Source: Macrostomum lignano
Taxonomy: Eukaryota
Reading direction: 5' to 3'
Assembly (NCBI GenBank): GCA_002269645.1
Contig: NIVC01001761.1
Span: 1 to 64,000, forward strand
DNA: 64,000 nt
A model generated the notes under the pieces. The model was not told the DNA's origin. It searched no databases and saw only the letters and a program-made list of their open reading frames with translations. The first letter of the stretch is position 1. Every line of letters begins with the position of its first letter. This document shows, piece by piece, positions 16,001 through 28,371 of this stretch. The translations under genes were made by a program, and so were the position numbers.

Positions 16001-18274
16001 TTGTGTCTCTGCTGCCTCTCATGTTCCTCCATTGTGTCTCTGGTGTCTCTCATGTTCCTTTATTGTGTCTCTGGTGTCTCCCCTGCTCCTTCTCCTTCGC
16101 TTCTTAAAAGCCTGTGTGACCAACAATGGAACCCTGCAACCAACCAACGCAGATAATTCTGAACTCGATGCACCGCTACCAACCCCGCTTTCACGTGGTG
16201 CACCTGCCGGACAAACAGCTGCCCGCTGGCCGCGGCGGCGGCGGACTGCAGCCGCCAGCCTCTGGCGACGACCTGAACGGGCACTCGGACAGCATCCGCA
16301 CCTTCGTGTTCCCGGAGACCAAGTTCTATGCAGTGACGGCCTATCAGAACCAGCGGGTGGGCAGCTAAATGATCATTGATTTCTTTTGCTTTGATCCCCA
16401 TCTCCTGATCTCAAATCTGAATGATCCCAACCCAGAATCTGAATAATCCCGATCCAGAATCTGAATGATCCCAACCCAGAATCTGAATAATCCCGATCCA
16501 GAATCTGAATGATCCCGATCCAGAATTTGAATGATCCCAACCCAGAATCTGAATAATCCCGATCCAGAATCTGAAAGATCCCGATCCAGAATCTGAATGA
16601 TCCCAACCCAGAATCTGAATAATCCCGATCCAGAATCTGAATGATCCCAACCCAGAATCTGAATAATCCCGATCCAGAATCTGAATGATCCCGATCCAGA
16701 ATTTGAATGATTTCAATCCAGATTCTGAAAGATCCCGACCCAGAATCTGAATGATCCCAACCCAGAATCTGAAAGATCCCGATCCAGAATCTGAATGATC
16801 CCGATCCAGAATCTGAAAGATCCCAACCCAGAATCTGAAAGATCCCGATCCAGAATCTGAAAGATCCCGATCCAGAATCTGAAAGATCCCAACCCAGAAT
16901 CTGAATGATCCCGATCCAGATTCTGAAAGATCCCGATCCAGATTCTGAAAGGTCTCGATATCAAATCTGAATGATCCGGATGCAGAATCTGAAGGATTGC
17001 AATTCTTAATTTTAACCATAACCATATTTGGTCTACGCTGAGCACTTTCTGAAGGGCAAAAAATTTATTAATTTTTTCAGATCACGCAACTCAAAATAGC
17101 CAGCAACCCGTTTGCCAAGGGCTTCAGGGACTGCGACACGGACGACTGGTGAGCTGGATCCCAGGGTCCAATTCTGAAGCCCCTGATTCACTTCTGGTAT
17201 CTCTGAATTCACTCAGTGATGGTAGTTGTTAAATTAATTTGTCAATCGCTGAAACCCTGAAGCCAAGCGTCAATCCCTGAGGCCATTAGACAATCCCCGA
17301 AGCCATTAGTCAATCCCTGAAGCCATCAGTCAATCACTGAGGCCATTAGTCAATCCCTGAAGCCACTCGTCTCCACCCTGCAGCACCGCCCAGCTGCTCA
17401 ACCAATTTAGTCCGCCTGCGAGGCTCAACGGCCGCGGCCCGCCTTCGACGCCGGGGTCCTTCCTGCCCGCTGTCAGCCCAGGTGACTTCACAACCGCAGC
17501 TGCTCGTCGAAGAGGCCTGAAGCCGGCGGCCGACTGCCTGTCGCTGGCAGGTGAGTTTAATGAACGTATGAACGTGTAAACTTGTGAACGTGTGAACGTG
17601 TGAACGTGTGAACGTGTGAACGTGTGAACGTGTGAACGTGTGAACGTGTGAACGTGTGAACGTGTGAACGTGTGAACGTGTGAACCCGTGAACGTGTGAA
17701 CGTGTGAACCCGTGAACGTGTGAACTTGTGAACATTTTAGGTAAAATTCTTTATAATTGAAACGTTTTTCCTAACATATCTATTAAAAGTAGGCAGTAAA
17801 GTAAGTTTCACAGAAAATCATTAACCAAATTTTGCAGGAAGTTTCTCCAGTCTGCAACAACAACAACAGCAGCAGCAGCAGCCGCCGCCGCCGCCAGCAT
17901 CGGCAGCGGAGATGGCCTACTACTGCAACGGGCTGTACTTGCAGCAGCCGTCAGACCGAATTCCTCATTCCTTCAGCTATGAATCTTCCTTGTCGTTTGA
18001 GCAGCAGCAGCAGCGGCAGCAGTGCAGTCAGGACGTGTCAGAGATGTACTACCCGGAGCAGCCTGAGTGCCAGCCGGCTCTGATGGACAGGTACTATCAG
18101 GCCCAGAAATCGGCTCTGCAGACTCGGGGCCCGAGCGTCTGTCACTACAGACCAGCTGCCCTGCTGTCGCAGCCGCAGCAGCTGCCGCTGTACTCCTGCG
18201 AATTCCAGGAGACGCCGGAGTCCACCGGCCCGTTTTATCATTCGACGAGCTGCGACACTGAGCTGCAGAAGTAG
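13043..18274 (+). CDS. TBX1: T-box transcription factor, TBX1 orthologue; exons 13043-13279, 14290-14426, 15725-15861, 16153-16356, 17081-17148, 17384-17550, 17838-18274; 5' exon/ATG not resolved
   Basis: [19 protein letters not shown]|RIFPTFQV...[18 protein letters not shown]|KSD...[15 protein letters not shown]...GH|[16 protein letters not shown]...[11 protein letters not shown]|[19 protein letters not shown]. These match Tbx1-subfamily diagnostic residues; all junctions are GT-AG and phase-compatible. Confidence 0.95.
13295..14195. repeat. 22-bp minisatellite CCTCTCTCCCTGAGTCTGTTAG in a TBX1 intron
   Basis: About 40 copies. Confidence 0.95.
14945..15620. repeat. 20-bp minisatellite TACAGACCCTTCATTCTCTC in a TBX1 intron
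   Basis: About 26 good copies to ~15460, then degenerate. Confidence 0.95.
15950..16090. repeat. ~31-bp repeat TGTGTCTCTGGTGTCTCTCATGTTCCTTCCT in a TBX1 intron
   Basis: About 4 imperfect copies. Confidence 0.75.
16410..16995. repeat. 22-bp minisatellite GATCCC(GAT/AAC)CCAGAATCTGAAT in a TBX1 intron
   Basis: Seen directly. Confidence 0.93.
17255..17365. repeat. 20-bp repeat GTCAATCCCTGAAGCCATTA in a TBX1 intron
   Basis: About 5 copies. Confidence 0.8.
17570..17735. repeat. 8-bp repeat (TGAACGTG)n in the last TBX1 intron
   Basis: Seen directly. Confidence 0.93.
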
Positions 18275-18464
18275 AACTTGAGAGTTTCATAAAGCACCTG
18301 TCCTAATGAGCTTTTTATTGCTTTGAAATTTGTTTATTAACAGTGCAAATTCACTCAATAAAATCAGATTCGCCATGCAATAGATTAAAATACAATAATT
18401 ATTGCATAGCAACGCGCTTCATCTTCTTAAACTCATTTGCTGCTAATCTACAGTCTGTCCTTCC

Positions 18465-19160
18465 GGCATGTCAAACTGATTTGTCTCTGCAGGACAAACA
18501 TGTCAAACTGATGTCTCTGCGGGACAAACATGTCAAACTGATTTGTCTCTGCAGGACAAACATGTCAAACTGATTTGTCTCTGCAGGACAAACATGTCAA
18601 ACTGATTTGTCTCTGCAGGACAAACATGTCAAACTGATTTGTCTCTGCAGGACAAACATGTCAAACTGATGTCTCTGCGGGACAAACATGTCAAACTGAT
18701 TTGTCTCTGCAGGACAAACATGTCAAACTGATTTGTCTCTGCAGGACAAACATGTCAAACTGGTGTCTCTGCAGGACAAACATGTCAAACTGGTGTCTCT
18801 GCAGGACAAACATGTCAAACTGGTGTCTCTGCAGGACAAACATGTCAAACTGATTTGTCTCTGCAGGACAAACATGTCAAACTGGTGTCTCTGCAGGACA
18901 AACATGTCAAACTGATTTGTCTTAGCAGGACAGACATGTCAAACTAATTTGTCTCTGCAGGACAAACACGTCAAACTGGTTTGTCTCTGCAGGACAAACA
19001 TGTCAAACTGATTTGTCTCTGCAGGACAAACATGTCAAACTGATTTGTCTCTGCAGGACAGACATGTCAAACTGATTTGTCTCTGCAGGACAAACATGTC
19101 AAACTGATTTGTCTCTGCAGGACAAACATGTCAAACTGCTGTCTCTGCAGGACAAACATA
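18465..19160. repeat. 30/32-bp minisatellite CATGTCAAACTGATTTGTCTCTGCAGGACAAA
   Basis: About 22 copies between TBX1 and the BtpA-like gene. Confidence 0.95.
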
Positions 19161-19488
19161 TCAGACGCCTATTTCAGCATTTCAAACCCAATCACAATCA
19201 AGGCTTGAATGCATAATAACTCATTCACAAACTTTGATACCTTGCCCTCCAAGGTGTGCACAGTGTGAAGCCCAATTAAGCTATTAAGTTTGCCTGTGAA
19301 ATTGAGGGGGTCAAAGGAGTGGCAGGCTCGCAGATACGCACTCCTCCACGAGTGTACGCTAGATGCACGTGTACACTTCTGGAGAGCGGCAGCAAGTTTA
19401 GTCACCAAAAATCTTATCGTGATTTCCTGTGCACTGCAGTGAACGCTATAACTACAACTGGGCGCACCTCGGACTCCAGTGAAACAGC

Positions 19489-20604
19489 ATGGCTGCGGGA
19501 GCGAACCGGCTGCAGGCTCTGCTCAGCCAGGGCGTCAAGCCCATCATCGGCATGGTGCACGTGCGACCTACCCTGGCCTCGCATCGGTACAGGGACCCGC
19601 ATTCTAGGCTGGTTGAGGAGGCCGTGCAGGAGGCGGTGAGCTCTGCTGTTGCTGGGTGACCTGTAGATCAAGTTTTTTAGAGTGACGGGGTGACAGAGTG
19701 ACGGGGTGACAGAGTGACGGGGTGACAGAGTGACGGGGTGACAGAGTGACGGGGTGACAGAGTGACGGGGTGACAGAGTGACGGGGTGACAGAGTGACGG
19801 GGTGACAGAGTGACGGGGTGACAGAGTAACGGGGTGACAGAGTGAAGGGGTAAAATCATCGATTTTAAGGATCCTGAGAACAACAAAGTCGCTCCTGCCC
19901 CCACGCAGGTCACTCTGGTCAGTCGCGGAGTTCACTCGGTGCTCATCGAGAACATGCATGACGTACCCTACCAGCGTGCCGAGGAGGCCGGGCCCGAGCT
20001 AAGCGTTTCTATGACAACTGTTGCCATGGAGACCAGGCGACGCCTGCCCAACACGCCGCTTGGCGTGCAGATTCTCTCCGGCTGCAACCGGGCCGCGCTG
20101 GCTGTTGCCAAGGCAACCGATCTGGACTTTGTGCGCGCCGAGGGCTTCGTGTTCGCCCACATCGGCGACGAAGGCCTGACGCAGTCCTGCGCGGCCGACC
20201 TCCTGCGCTACCGGAGGCAGCTGTTCGCCTCATCAGTCTGGCTGCTGGCCGACGTCAAGAAGAAGCACTCGTCTCATGCCATCACAGCCGATACGGACCT
20301 GGCCGAGACCTGCCGGGCGGCCAAATTCTTCTTGGCCGACGCTCTGGTTGTCACCGGCCGCGCCACCGGCTGTCCGACGGTGCCAGCCGACGTGGCCGAA
20401 GCCGCAGCCGCCGGCCAGTCGCTGCCGGTGTTTGTCGGGAGCGGCGCCAGCGCCAGCGACTTGGCCGGCCTGTGGACAGCAGCTGACGGCTTCATCGTCG
20501 GCTCAGCGTTGAAAGCCGGCGGCCGATGGGAGAACGCGGTGGAGCCGAGGCGAGTGGACGAGCTGGTGCGGGAGCACTCGAGGCTGGCTGCTAGCGGCCT
20601 CTGA
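19489..20604 (+). CDS. BtpA/SgcQ-family TIM-barrel protein; exons 19489-19635, 19909-20604
   Basis: KPIIGMVHV, VLIENMHDVPY, LGVQILSGCNRAALAVA, FVRAEGFVFAHIGDEG, ADVKKKHSSHA, ADALVVTG..TG, PVFVGSG, ADGFIVGS..K..G.WEN.VEP.RV are family motifs; phase-0 GT-AG intron. Confidence 0.9.
19678..19850. repeat. 16-bp repeat AGAGTGACGGGGTGAC in the BtpA-like intron
   Basis: About 10 copies. Confidence 0.93.
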
Positions 20605-20624
20605 AACTTTTGTTCTTGCGGGAA

Positions 20625-21069
20625 GTGACAATTGACTGCCAGTGACAATTGACTGCCAGTGACAATTGACTGCCAGTGACAATTGACTGTCAGTGACAAT
20701 TGACTGTCAGTGACATTTGACTGCCAGTGACAATTGACTGCCAGTGACAATTGACTGCCAGTGACAATTGACTGTCAGTTTACAAACTTTGTATCTCATC
20801 AGTGACAATTGACTGTCAGTGACAATTGACTGTCAGTTTACAAACTTTGTATCTCATCAGTGACAATTGACTGTCAGTGACAATTGACTGTCAGTGACAA
20901 TTGACTGTCAGTGACAATTGACTGTCAGTTTACAAACTTTGTATCTCATCAGTGACAATTGACTGCCAGTGACAATTGACTGTCAGTTTACAAAATTTGT
21001 ATCTCATCAGTGACAATTGACTGCCAGTGACAATTGACTGTCAGTTTACAAAATTTGTATCTCATCAGT
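20625..21069 (+). repeat. 17-bp array GTGACAATTGACTG(C/T)CA with interspersed GTTTACAAACTTTGTATCTCATCA modules (left arm of an inverted pair)
   Basis: Starts 20 nt after the BtpA-like stop codon. Confidence 0.92.
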
Positions 21070-21764
21070 GCACATTTTAGTTAATTTTCGCCTTGAAAAT
21101 AAATTGTGAATGCACTGCAGAACGCGACTGCTACGTCACTGCTACAACCGTAACTTTTTAGTGGTCCTTGGCCAGCGTTTCTCTTACACACTCAAGCACT
21201 GGGCTTGTACCAGCGCAAGGCGAAACTTGTGAAATCGTCTCGTTTTGTCTTTACAAAAAAGCAGACATTGCTTCTATTTTTTAACGAAAAATAGCAAAAA
21301 AACTCGAATGTCGGCGCGGTCCATCAGCGAAACTCGAACCTGCCTCCAAATTTGGAAGGAAACAAAGGGATTAAAAAAAAACGGGCGACAAAAAATCAAG
21401 AAAGAAATTCGACAAGCAGCTTCCGGCCTCCTGGGACCGCCTGCGCGAACTGCAGAGCTGCACCGGCTGGGGACGGTGGCGGCGCCGCCTTGGCGCCCTC
21501 GAACTCGGTGTCGAATCGCAAAAGCACCGATGCGTAAGCCCAGCCCGCCTGGCTCAGCAGCCGCTTATCTATCCATTAGTAACTGGATGCGCCGACTGAA
21601 GTCGAAGTATTTGAAATCAACGTTTTTCTTAGAAAATTCAAGAACTTACCGACAGCTTTAGCTTGGGAGGAAGTTTAAAAATGCTTTTGAGTTCTGATTT
21701 TTTTATCAAGTTTGTTGCTGGAGCATCTAGCGGCGCTCTAGTGGTTTCTAACGAGCATTTATGC

Positions 21765-22085
21765 TGACAGTCAATTGTCACTGGCAGTCAATTGTCACTG
21801 GCAGTCAATTGTCACTGACAGTCAATTGTCACTGGCAGTCAAATGTCACTGGCAGTCAAATGTCACTGGCAGTCAAATGTCACTGGCAGTCAAATGTCAC
21901 TGGCAGTCAAATGTCACTGACAGTCAATTGTCACTGACAGTCAATTGTCACTGACAGTCAATTGTCACTGGCAGTCAATTGTCACTGACAGTCAATTGTC
22001 ACTGACAGTCAATTGTCACCGACAGTCAATTGTCACCGACAGTCAATTGTCACTGACAGTCAATTGTCACCGACTAGTCAATTGT
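21765..22085 (-). repeat. Same 17-bp array in reverse orientation, CTG(A/G)CAGTCAATTGTCA (right arm)
   Basis: Unit is the reverse complement of the 20625 array. Confidence 0.92.
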
Positions 22086-22409
22086 TGCATACATTCTATT
22101 AGCACTTAACAGACGATTTGTTACCTCCTGCCATGCACTACGCGATCACATATGAGGCTAAATTTTGCTTATGTTCGGAGATAAAAATCAGATTTTTAAT
22201 CTAGTTAATGCTTTAAAAAACAAAACTGGGCCTTCAGCTAAATCTGAAATTGTGTGACTGGTGAGCATCTATCTCTGTATTGCGCTTGTTTTCAGAGTCT
22301 GGAGCAGCTCTGCAGCGCCCCATAGGCTAGCGGGTTTTGTTCATTTTTTGTCTCGATTAATTGCTCCAAAATGAGATGCTACGTGTAAATCGTGACATGA
22401 AAGCAATGA

Positions 22410-23240
22410 CATTTCATTTGAGACAGCGCCATTTTATTTGAGACTGTGCCATTTCATTTGAGGCAGCGCCATTTCATTTGAGGCAGCGCCATTTCATTTG
22501 AGACTGTGCCATTTCATTTGAGGCAGCGCCATTTCATTTGAGACTTTGCCATTTCATTTGAGACTGTGCCATTTCATTTGAGACTGTGCCATTTCATTTG
22601 AGACTGTGCCATTTCATTTGAGACTGTGCCATTTCATTTGAGACTGTGCCATTTCATTTGAGACTGTGCCATTTCATTTGAGACAGCGCAATTTCATTTG
22701 AGACAGCGCTATTTCATTTGAGACAGCGCAATTTCATTTGATACAGCGCAATTTCATTTGATACAGCGCAATTTCATTTGAGACAGCGCAATTTCATTTG
22801 AGACAGCGCAATTTCATTTGAGACAGCGCCATTTTATTTGAGACTGTGCCATTTTATTTGAGACTGTGCCATTTCATTTGAGGCAGCGCCATTTCATTTG
22901 AGGCAGCGCCATTTCATTTGAGGCAGCGCCATTTCATTTGAGGCAGCGCCATTTCATTTGAGACTTTGCCATTTCATTTGAGACTGTGCCATTTCATTTG
23001 AGACTGTGCCATTTCATTTGAGACTGTGCCATTTCATTTGAGACAGCGCAATTTCATTTGAGACAGCGCAATTTCATTTTAGACAGCGCAATTTCATTTT
23101 AGACAGCGCAATTTCATTTGAGACAGCGCAATTTCATTTGAGACAGCGCAATTTCATTTGAGACAGCGCAATTTCATTTGAGACAGGGCCATTTCATTTG
23201 AGACAGCGCAATTTCATTTGAGACAGCGCAATTTCATTTA
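22410..23240. repeat. 20-bp minisatellite CATTTCATTTGAGAC(AGC/TGT)GC
   Basis: About 40 copies arranged in variant blocks. Confidence 0.95.
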
Positions 23241-23425
23241 AATTGTCATACAGATGAAGTAAAACAAAAATATCTTCAAAGCACAATTTAGATTTTTTAT
23301 TTATTTTGCATCGAGAATCTGCAGCCTCGTCCGAACATATTTTTCCATTCGATGGTTTATTTGGTAATATTAATAACAGCATGGGCACATTCTGACGTTC
23401 TTATCTGATAGTCCCGATTATAAAT

Positions 23426-23752
23426 ATGAGTGTAAAACTTGTCATTCTTTTTTTATGTGTCGGAGCTCTTCATAGCCCCAGGGTGGCGACCAAAGCAGCC
23501 GATTGGGTGGTAGAAGCAGCCGAGCCAATCATTGTGTGGCTGTTTCGCAGCCTTCTGCGACCGGCGCTTTTCGATAGCGAAATACGGCTTGGTCAGCTGG
23601 CGACGAGCCTCGGCATCGCCGAACAAAGAGTCATTCAGATCCTCGGTTGGCCATCCGTCCAGATTATGCAGAGCTGCTTTGAGCTCTGCAGAAAACTGCA
23701 AATACGACTGGGTGGAGATTCACAGTTTCAAACGGGATGTTCCTTTATTTAA
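23426..23752 (+). CDS. Candidate small secreted protein (108 aa), no recognised family
   Basis: ATG-initiated intronless ORF in non-repetitive DNA with signal-peptide-like MSVKLVILFLCVGALHS. Confidence 0.35.
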   Translation: MSVKLVILFLCVGALHSPRVATKAADWVVEAAEPIIVWLFRSLLRPALFDSEIRLGQLATSLGIAEQRVIQILGWPSVQIMQSCFELCRKLQIRLGGDSQFQTGCSFI

Positions 23753-24364
23753 TAATGCCATAACTACTCAAAATCTATGGTGCAACTTACGAGTATGTCA
23801 GAACCATCCATTGGGTTCTGGCAGAGTGGCCAAGCATCCGTCATGTTGATTGCACACAGGAGCAAGCAGGCTGACAACAGGGCTGGGATGAATGCACGCA
23901 CGCCTCGCATTTTCAATGTGTTGGTTCCTGCCTGCTCTCCGTCTTATTAGAAAGAGACTTTCTGGTGCAGTTAAAGCAGACATTTTTCAAGATTTGTTCC
24001 TTATATACCTTTTGAGGAAATTTAGTATATTTCCCATTACCCACTCCTAAAATGCACAGCCAATCATCATTACAAATCGCTTCTTCATCCAACTGGGAGT
24101 TCCATTTAGAAGCATTTTTAGTGTAAAATGTTTTAAATACAAACTAATTTATTTAAAAATAATCCTGTAGTTCCAGCATCCTGCCGGCCGGTCGCGGACA
24201 CGACTCGACTCGAAAAAACGACACCAAAGTGCAAAGCAATCACATGGCCTAGTATATATTTGTTATCATGATCGTTTTCTACAATACAAAGTGTGGTGTA
24301 TGATAATAGTTAGGTTTTATTGGATTGGATTGGATTTTGCTTTACTTGCGATCTACTTGTGCTT

Positions 24365-24367
<3 letters not shown>

Positions 24368-24424
<57 letters not shown>

Positions 24425-25525
24425 TATTACGAATATTAGCTTCAAGGCTAGGTCGCGAATGAACGCCATGCCGCCATCCGAATCCGGGGCGCCGGCGTCA
24501 GCCAGCAGGCAGTCGACGAAACGCCGAGTGCGCGCCTGCCTCCGCCGGTGCAGTGTTAGCAGCAGCACCTCCTGCACCTGGGCAGTACGACTCAGTGCGG
24601 ATGATGTGACCTGCCAGCTGGAGTCGCCGACGGCGCAACAGGTCGCTTGGACGGACCAGGCCGTCAAAGCCGTGTTGGTCACTCGCTCGTAGCCGATCTT
24701 GAAGGCGGCGTGCAGCAGGCCAGCGTGCGCTGCGTCAACTTGTTGCTCCAGCGACTCCGTCAGCGTCCAGGGTCTCGGCGTTGTACAGCAGGACGGTCTC
24801 GATCACCGCCTGGAACAACGCCGCCCTCTGGCGGTCCGGTAGGGCCTCGGACTGCAGGACTGCCCTCAGAACGAAAGGCAGCCCAGGCAAGCCCGCGGCG
24901 ACGCCACAGATCCTTCCGGACTCCGGGAACCAGACCGCCGAGGTAGACGAACTGCTGACAACGCGGAAGCTCTGTCGCCTGTCCATCAGCGCCTCGGCAC
25001 AAAATCTCTGCCTTGATGTCGTCCGGCACGCATAGCACGACGGTCTTCTGCATGTTGACCACCAGGCCGACACTCGCCGCAACAGCAACCAGCTTGTCCA
25101 GTTGTCGCTGGGCGCCCTCGACAGTTGAGGACAGCAGGGCGAGATCGTCGGCGTAACTAAGCACGCTGAGCCGCCTCTCCGGTTGACGTCGACCCACGCG
25201 TCGCCGCAACAGAAAGCCGTCGTCGTTGATAGGAAGAGCGGTCCGCAACACCCAGTTAAGCACCAGAACGAACAGGAACGGCGCAAGCGTATCTCCTTGA
25301 AGCACGCCGGAGGATGTCTCAAAGAAGTCCCGTCCGGTGTTGAAACAGCCGCTTTCGTATCACGGTACATCGTTATGATTGGCGGAAATCAGCTGCTCTG
25401 GCACGTTGTACGCACGGAACACCTTTGGGAGCACAGAGCTGACGACCGAGTCGAATGCCTTCTTGAAATCTATGAAGAAAACAATTAGGATCGACTGGCG
25501 TATCCCTGCTTCCACGATGTGCTTT
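24368..25525 (-). mobile_element. 5'-truncated RTE-like non-LTR retrotransposon with a (TTG)n 3' tail
   Basis: RT motifs IDFKKAFDSV, LQGDTLAPFLF, YADD, VNMQKT, FVYLG across frameshifts. The (CAA)n run at 24364-24423 is the tail. Candidate TSD TGCTTACA at 24360-24367 and 25526-25533. Confidence 0.9.
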
Positions 25526-25689
25526 TGCTTACACTGCTAGTGGAGAGTGTGCATGTACAGTAAAGTATAAATTGAATATACGAGCGTACATCTACGAGCT
25601 AGCTCAAGCAACATTGAAAACCACCTCTGCAGAGCGATTGACTTCTGCTCACTACACCGCAATGACGCTACATACTGCTACGATTGCCC

Positions 25690-25742
25690 TCTCTTCTCTC
25701 TTCTCTCTTCTCTTCTCTTCTCTCTTCTCTCTTCTCTTCTCT
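25690..25742. repeat. (CTCTT)n microsatellite
   Basis: Seen directly. Confidence 0.9.
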
Positions 25743-25779
25743 TGACACCATCGATCGCTCTGTCATCCCCTTATTCTGG

Positions 25780-26700
25780 CCGCTTACGGAGTCCCTCGAT
25801 CGAGCTCTTGCATGTATCTGCGCGGTTATAGACCTACATGTATATAGTAACACCAAAGCTCTTGTTCTGCTCCGCGAGAATCGCACAAATGACTTCTCCA
25901 CCAGCTCTGGCGTCCTGCAAGGGGACACTCGCCCCTTTCATCTTCATCGTTGCGCTCGATTACGTCCTTCACTGCGAGATCGAGAAGAAAGACGGTTTTG
26001 TCGTCGCGCGCCGCAGGAGCCGACGTTTCCCCGGTGTCACGATCGCTGCCCTCGCTTTTGCTGACGGCATCGCCCTCTCCTGCCGAGACCCGGAAGCCGC
26101 TCAGCGCACCCTCACCGCCTCTGTCAAGAAAGCGAGCGAGTTACCCTGAAAATCAGTTCCAAAAAACTGAGGTCCTTACACGTCGGCATGGAACGCCCCT
26201 GCTCTGATCCTTCCTATAGTGGGATCCTCCCTAGCCTCATCGACGGACGACCAGATCAAACTCCTCATCTTCCGAGCTGCGGCCGAGCCCATCTTCTACG
26301 GCCTTGAGGCTGAGCCCATCACTACTGCAAGCCGGGATGAAGTCTTGAATGCGGCCTATAGAGCTCTGCTGCGCTTCTCGCCCAACATCCGCTAACCCGT
26401 GCACCCTGTCGAACCGCGCTCTGATGGCGAAAATCGGCATCCCACCGATTAAGCGACTGCATCCTCAGACAACGACGACGACAGAGACTCCTCGGACACG
26501 TGCTCAGGAGGCACAGACGGGGAGAAGGCAACCCGCACCGCACCTCAGGAGAGATTTCGCTGAGGACGAGGCGGCACCATGACTTCATGGAAACTTTTAC
26601 TTTTACTTCCAGCGAAGCCATACGCCTTCCCTCCTCAGTTTTTCGCGAGCGCTTGTGCGCTAGGGCTCTTTGAGTCCTCTGCGTCTCTACTACTACTACT
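25780..26700 (+). mobile_element. Decayed RTE-like retrotransposon fragment (diverged from the 24368 copy), head-to-head with it
   Basis: SLDR, TSSGVLQGDT/LAPFIFIVALDYVL, LAFADGIAL (YADD box degenerate), KKTEVL, and C-terminal LLIFRAAAEPIFYG..AAYRALLR, all broken by frameshifts. Confidence 0.8.
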
Positions 26701-28371
26701 CTCTTCTCTCTGTCTCACTCCAAATCCTACAAAAAAGCCTAATTTGAATGCATTGATACATACATGTGTTATACAGCTGTGTTATTATTGTTGCTTTTTT
26801 ATCTTCAATCCATTTTTATAGGAACTGGAATTAAATTTGTCGCTCTAAGGATCTTAGAACTAATATGATGAACTATGAATTACTTTTTGAGCTAATTTTC
26901 CCTTGTTGTTTAAACACACTGATACTGATCTAAAATAAACCTACATTTACCAAGACTCAGACGATATTGCATGCTAGGTTCTTAATCTGATTAGCCTAGT
27001 TGAATAAATGCAACATTCGAATACAATTCATGAATTCACTAGCGGTAATAAATAATGACCACTTTCGGTAACAGCCAATTCAGGAACAAAGCAGATTTAC
27101 GACTGTTAAGACAATATTTTATGGTATTAGAGTTTAGCAGTTGGTTTAATAGTTAACATTTCAAATAGTTTTTTGGTATTTGTTAATTTTTAAATAAAAC
27201 TATGTCACAATTTGTTTAAAATCCCGCTTTGACTTTGTAAAAAATTTGAAAGCACTGGGTGCATCGAAACTATATATGATAAGAGATACAAGATAAGAGA
27301 TACAATATACCTCCTTGCAATTAAGTTCCTGCTTCTCTTCGTTGAAAAAATACCGGTGCAATTTCTCCCACTTTACGCGTTCATTCGTACCATAAATTCT
27401 CTAATCGCAAACACTTAGCCTATCTAAAACTTTGTTTTAAGCGCTCTTTTTTTTGGTCATTTCCTCCTATACTTGCTTTATGCCTAATAATTGCCTAATA
27501 ATTGCCAACAATCCTTATACATTTGATTTTTGTTATTATCTGATCGATACTCTATATGCATTTCGCTTTCGCTTTGAGATTAGTATTGAAATCCTGTCTC
27601 CCTGCCAGCATCTATGCGCTCCCCTAGTGACGCCAACTTATTTATATCACCTATGGCATCAATCGAATTGCTATACATCAAGTTCATACTATACTTGTTT
27701 TTTAATTCCTTACTAAAATAATACTTTTTGCCTCGTTAGTCGTTAAAGATCGTTTGAAGTTTCGTAGAAAAATTTAGGCGATTTTTCAAATACGCCTAAA
27801 TATTTTTAGGCAATAATTTTAGGCAAGATTATTGCAAAACTCTTGAAAATTTGCATAAATATTTCCAATGCTACTCTTGTCTTGAAACGTACTATTAAAA
27901 ACATTGAAATATATTGGCCAAACAGGCTTTTTGCCTGAGCCAAACTTACTACTACTACTAAAAATCGAATTTGAAGTTTTAAATATAGAATAAAGTAGAT
28001 GGTTAGTAATTAATTTCAAGCCACTAATCCAGAGATTCTAATTACTAATATACACAATAATTTAGCATTAAAAATTGTATCTGGTGCCTGTATGTGGCGC
28101 ACCGGGAAATTAAAATAAATTGGTTAAAACATATTTCAAACACACACACATGGGTATGGTATGGCTATGCTTTGGATAGTTTTTTGTCTTTCCTTCTCTA
28201 GACTAAAGTTTGTTTGCATTTTTGGAGCATAGGCCCTATCAATTAATACACTGCCATTCTCATTGGTTACTGAAGACGAAGTTGCTGTTACCCACCTGGA
28301 CTGTTATCCATATCCACTGCACTTGCCTAATCAGGTGCAAATAATAAGAAATCTGTCATATAAGCCTGATG

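Noticed and set aside
24291-24692. Poly-Q (+) and poly-C (-) ORFs
   Set aside because: Derived from the (CAA)n tail and 3' end of the RTE element
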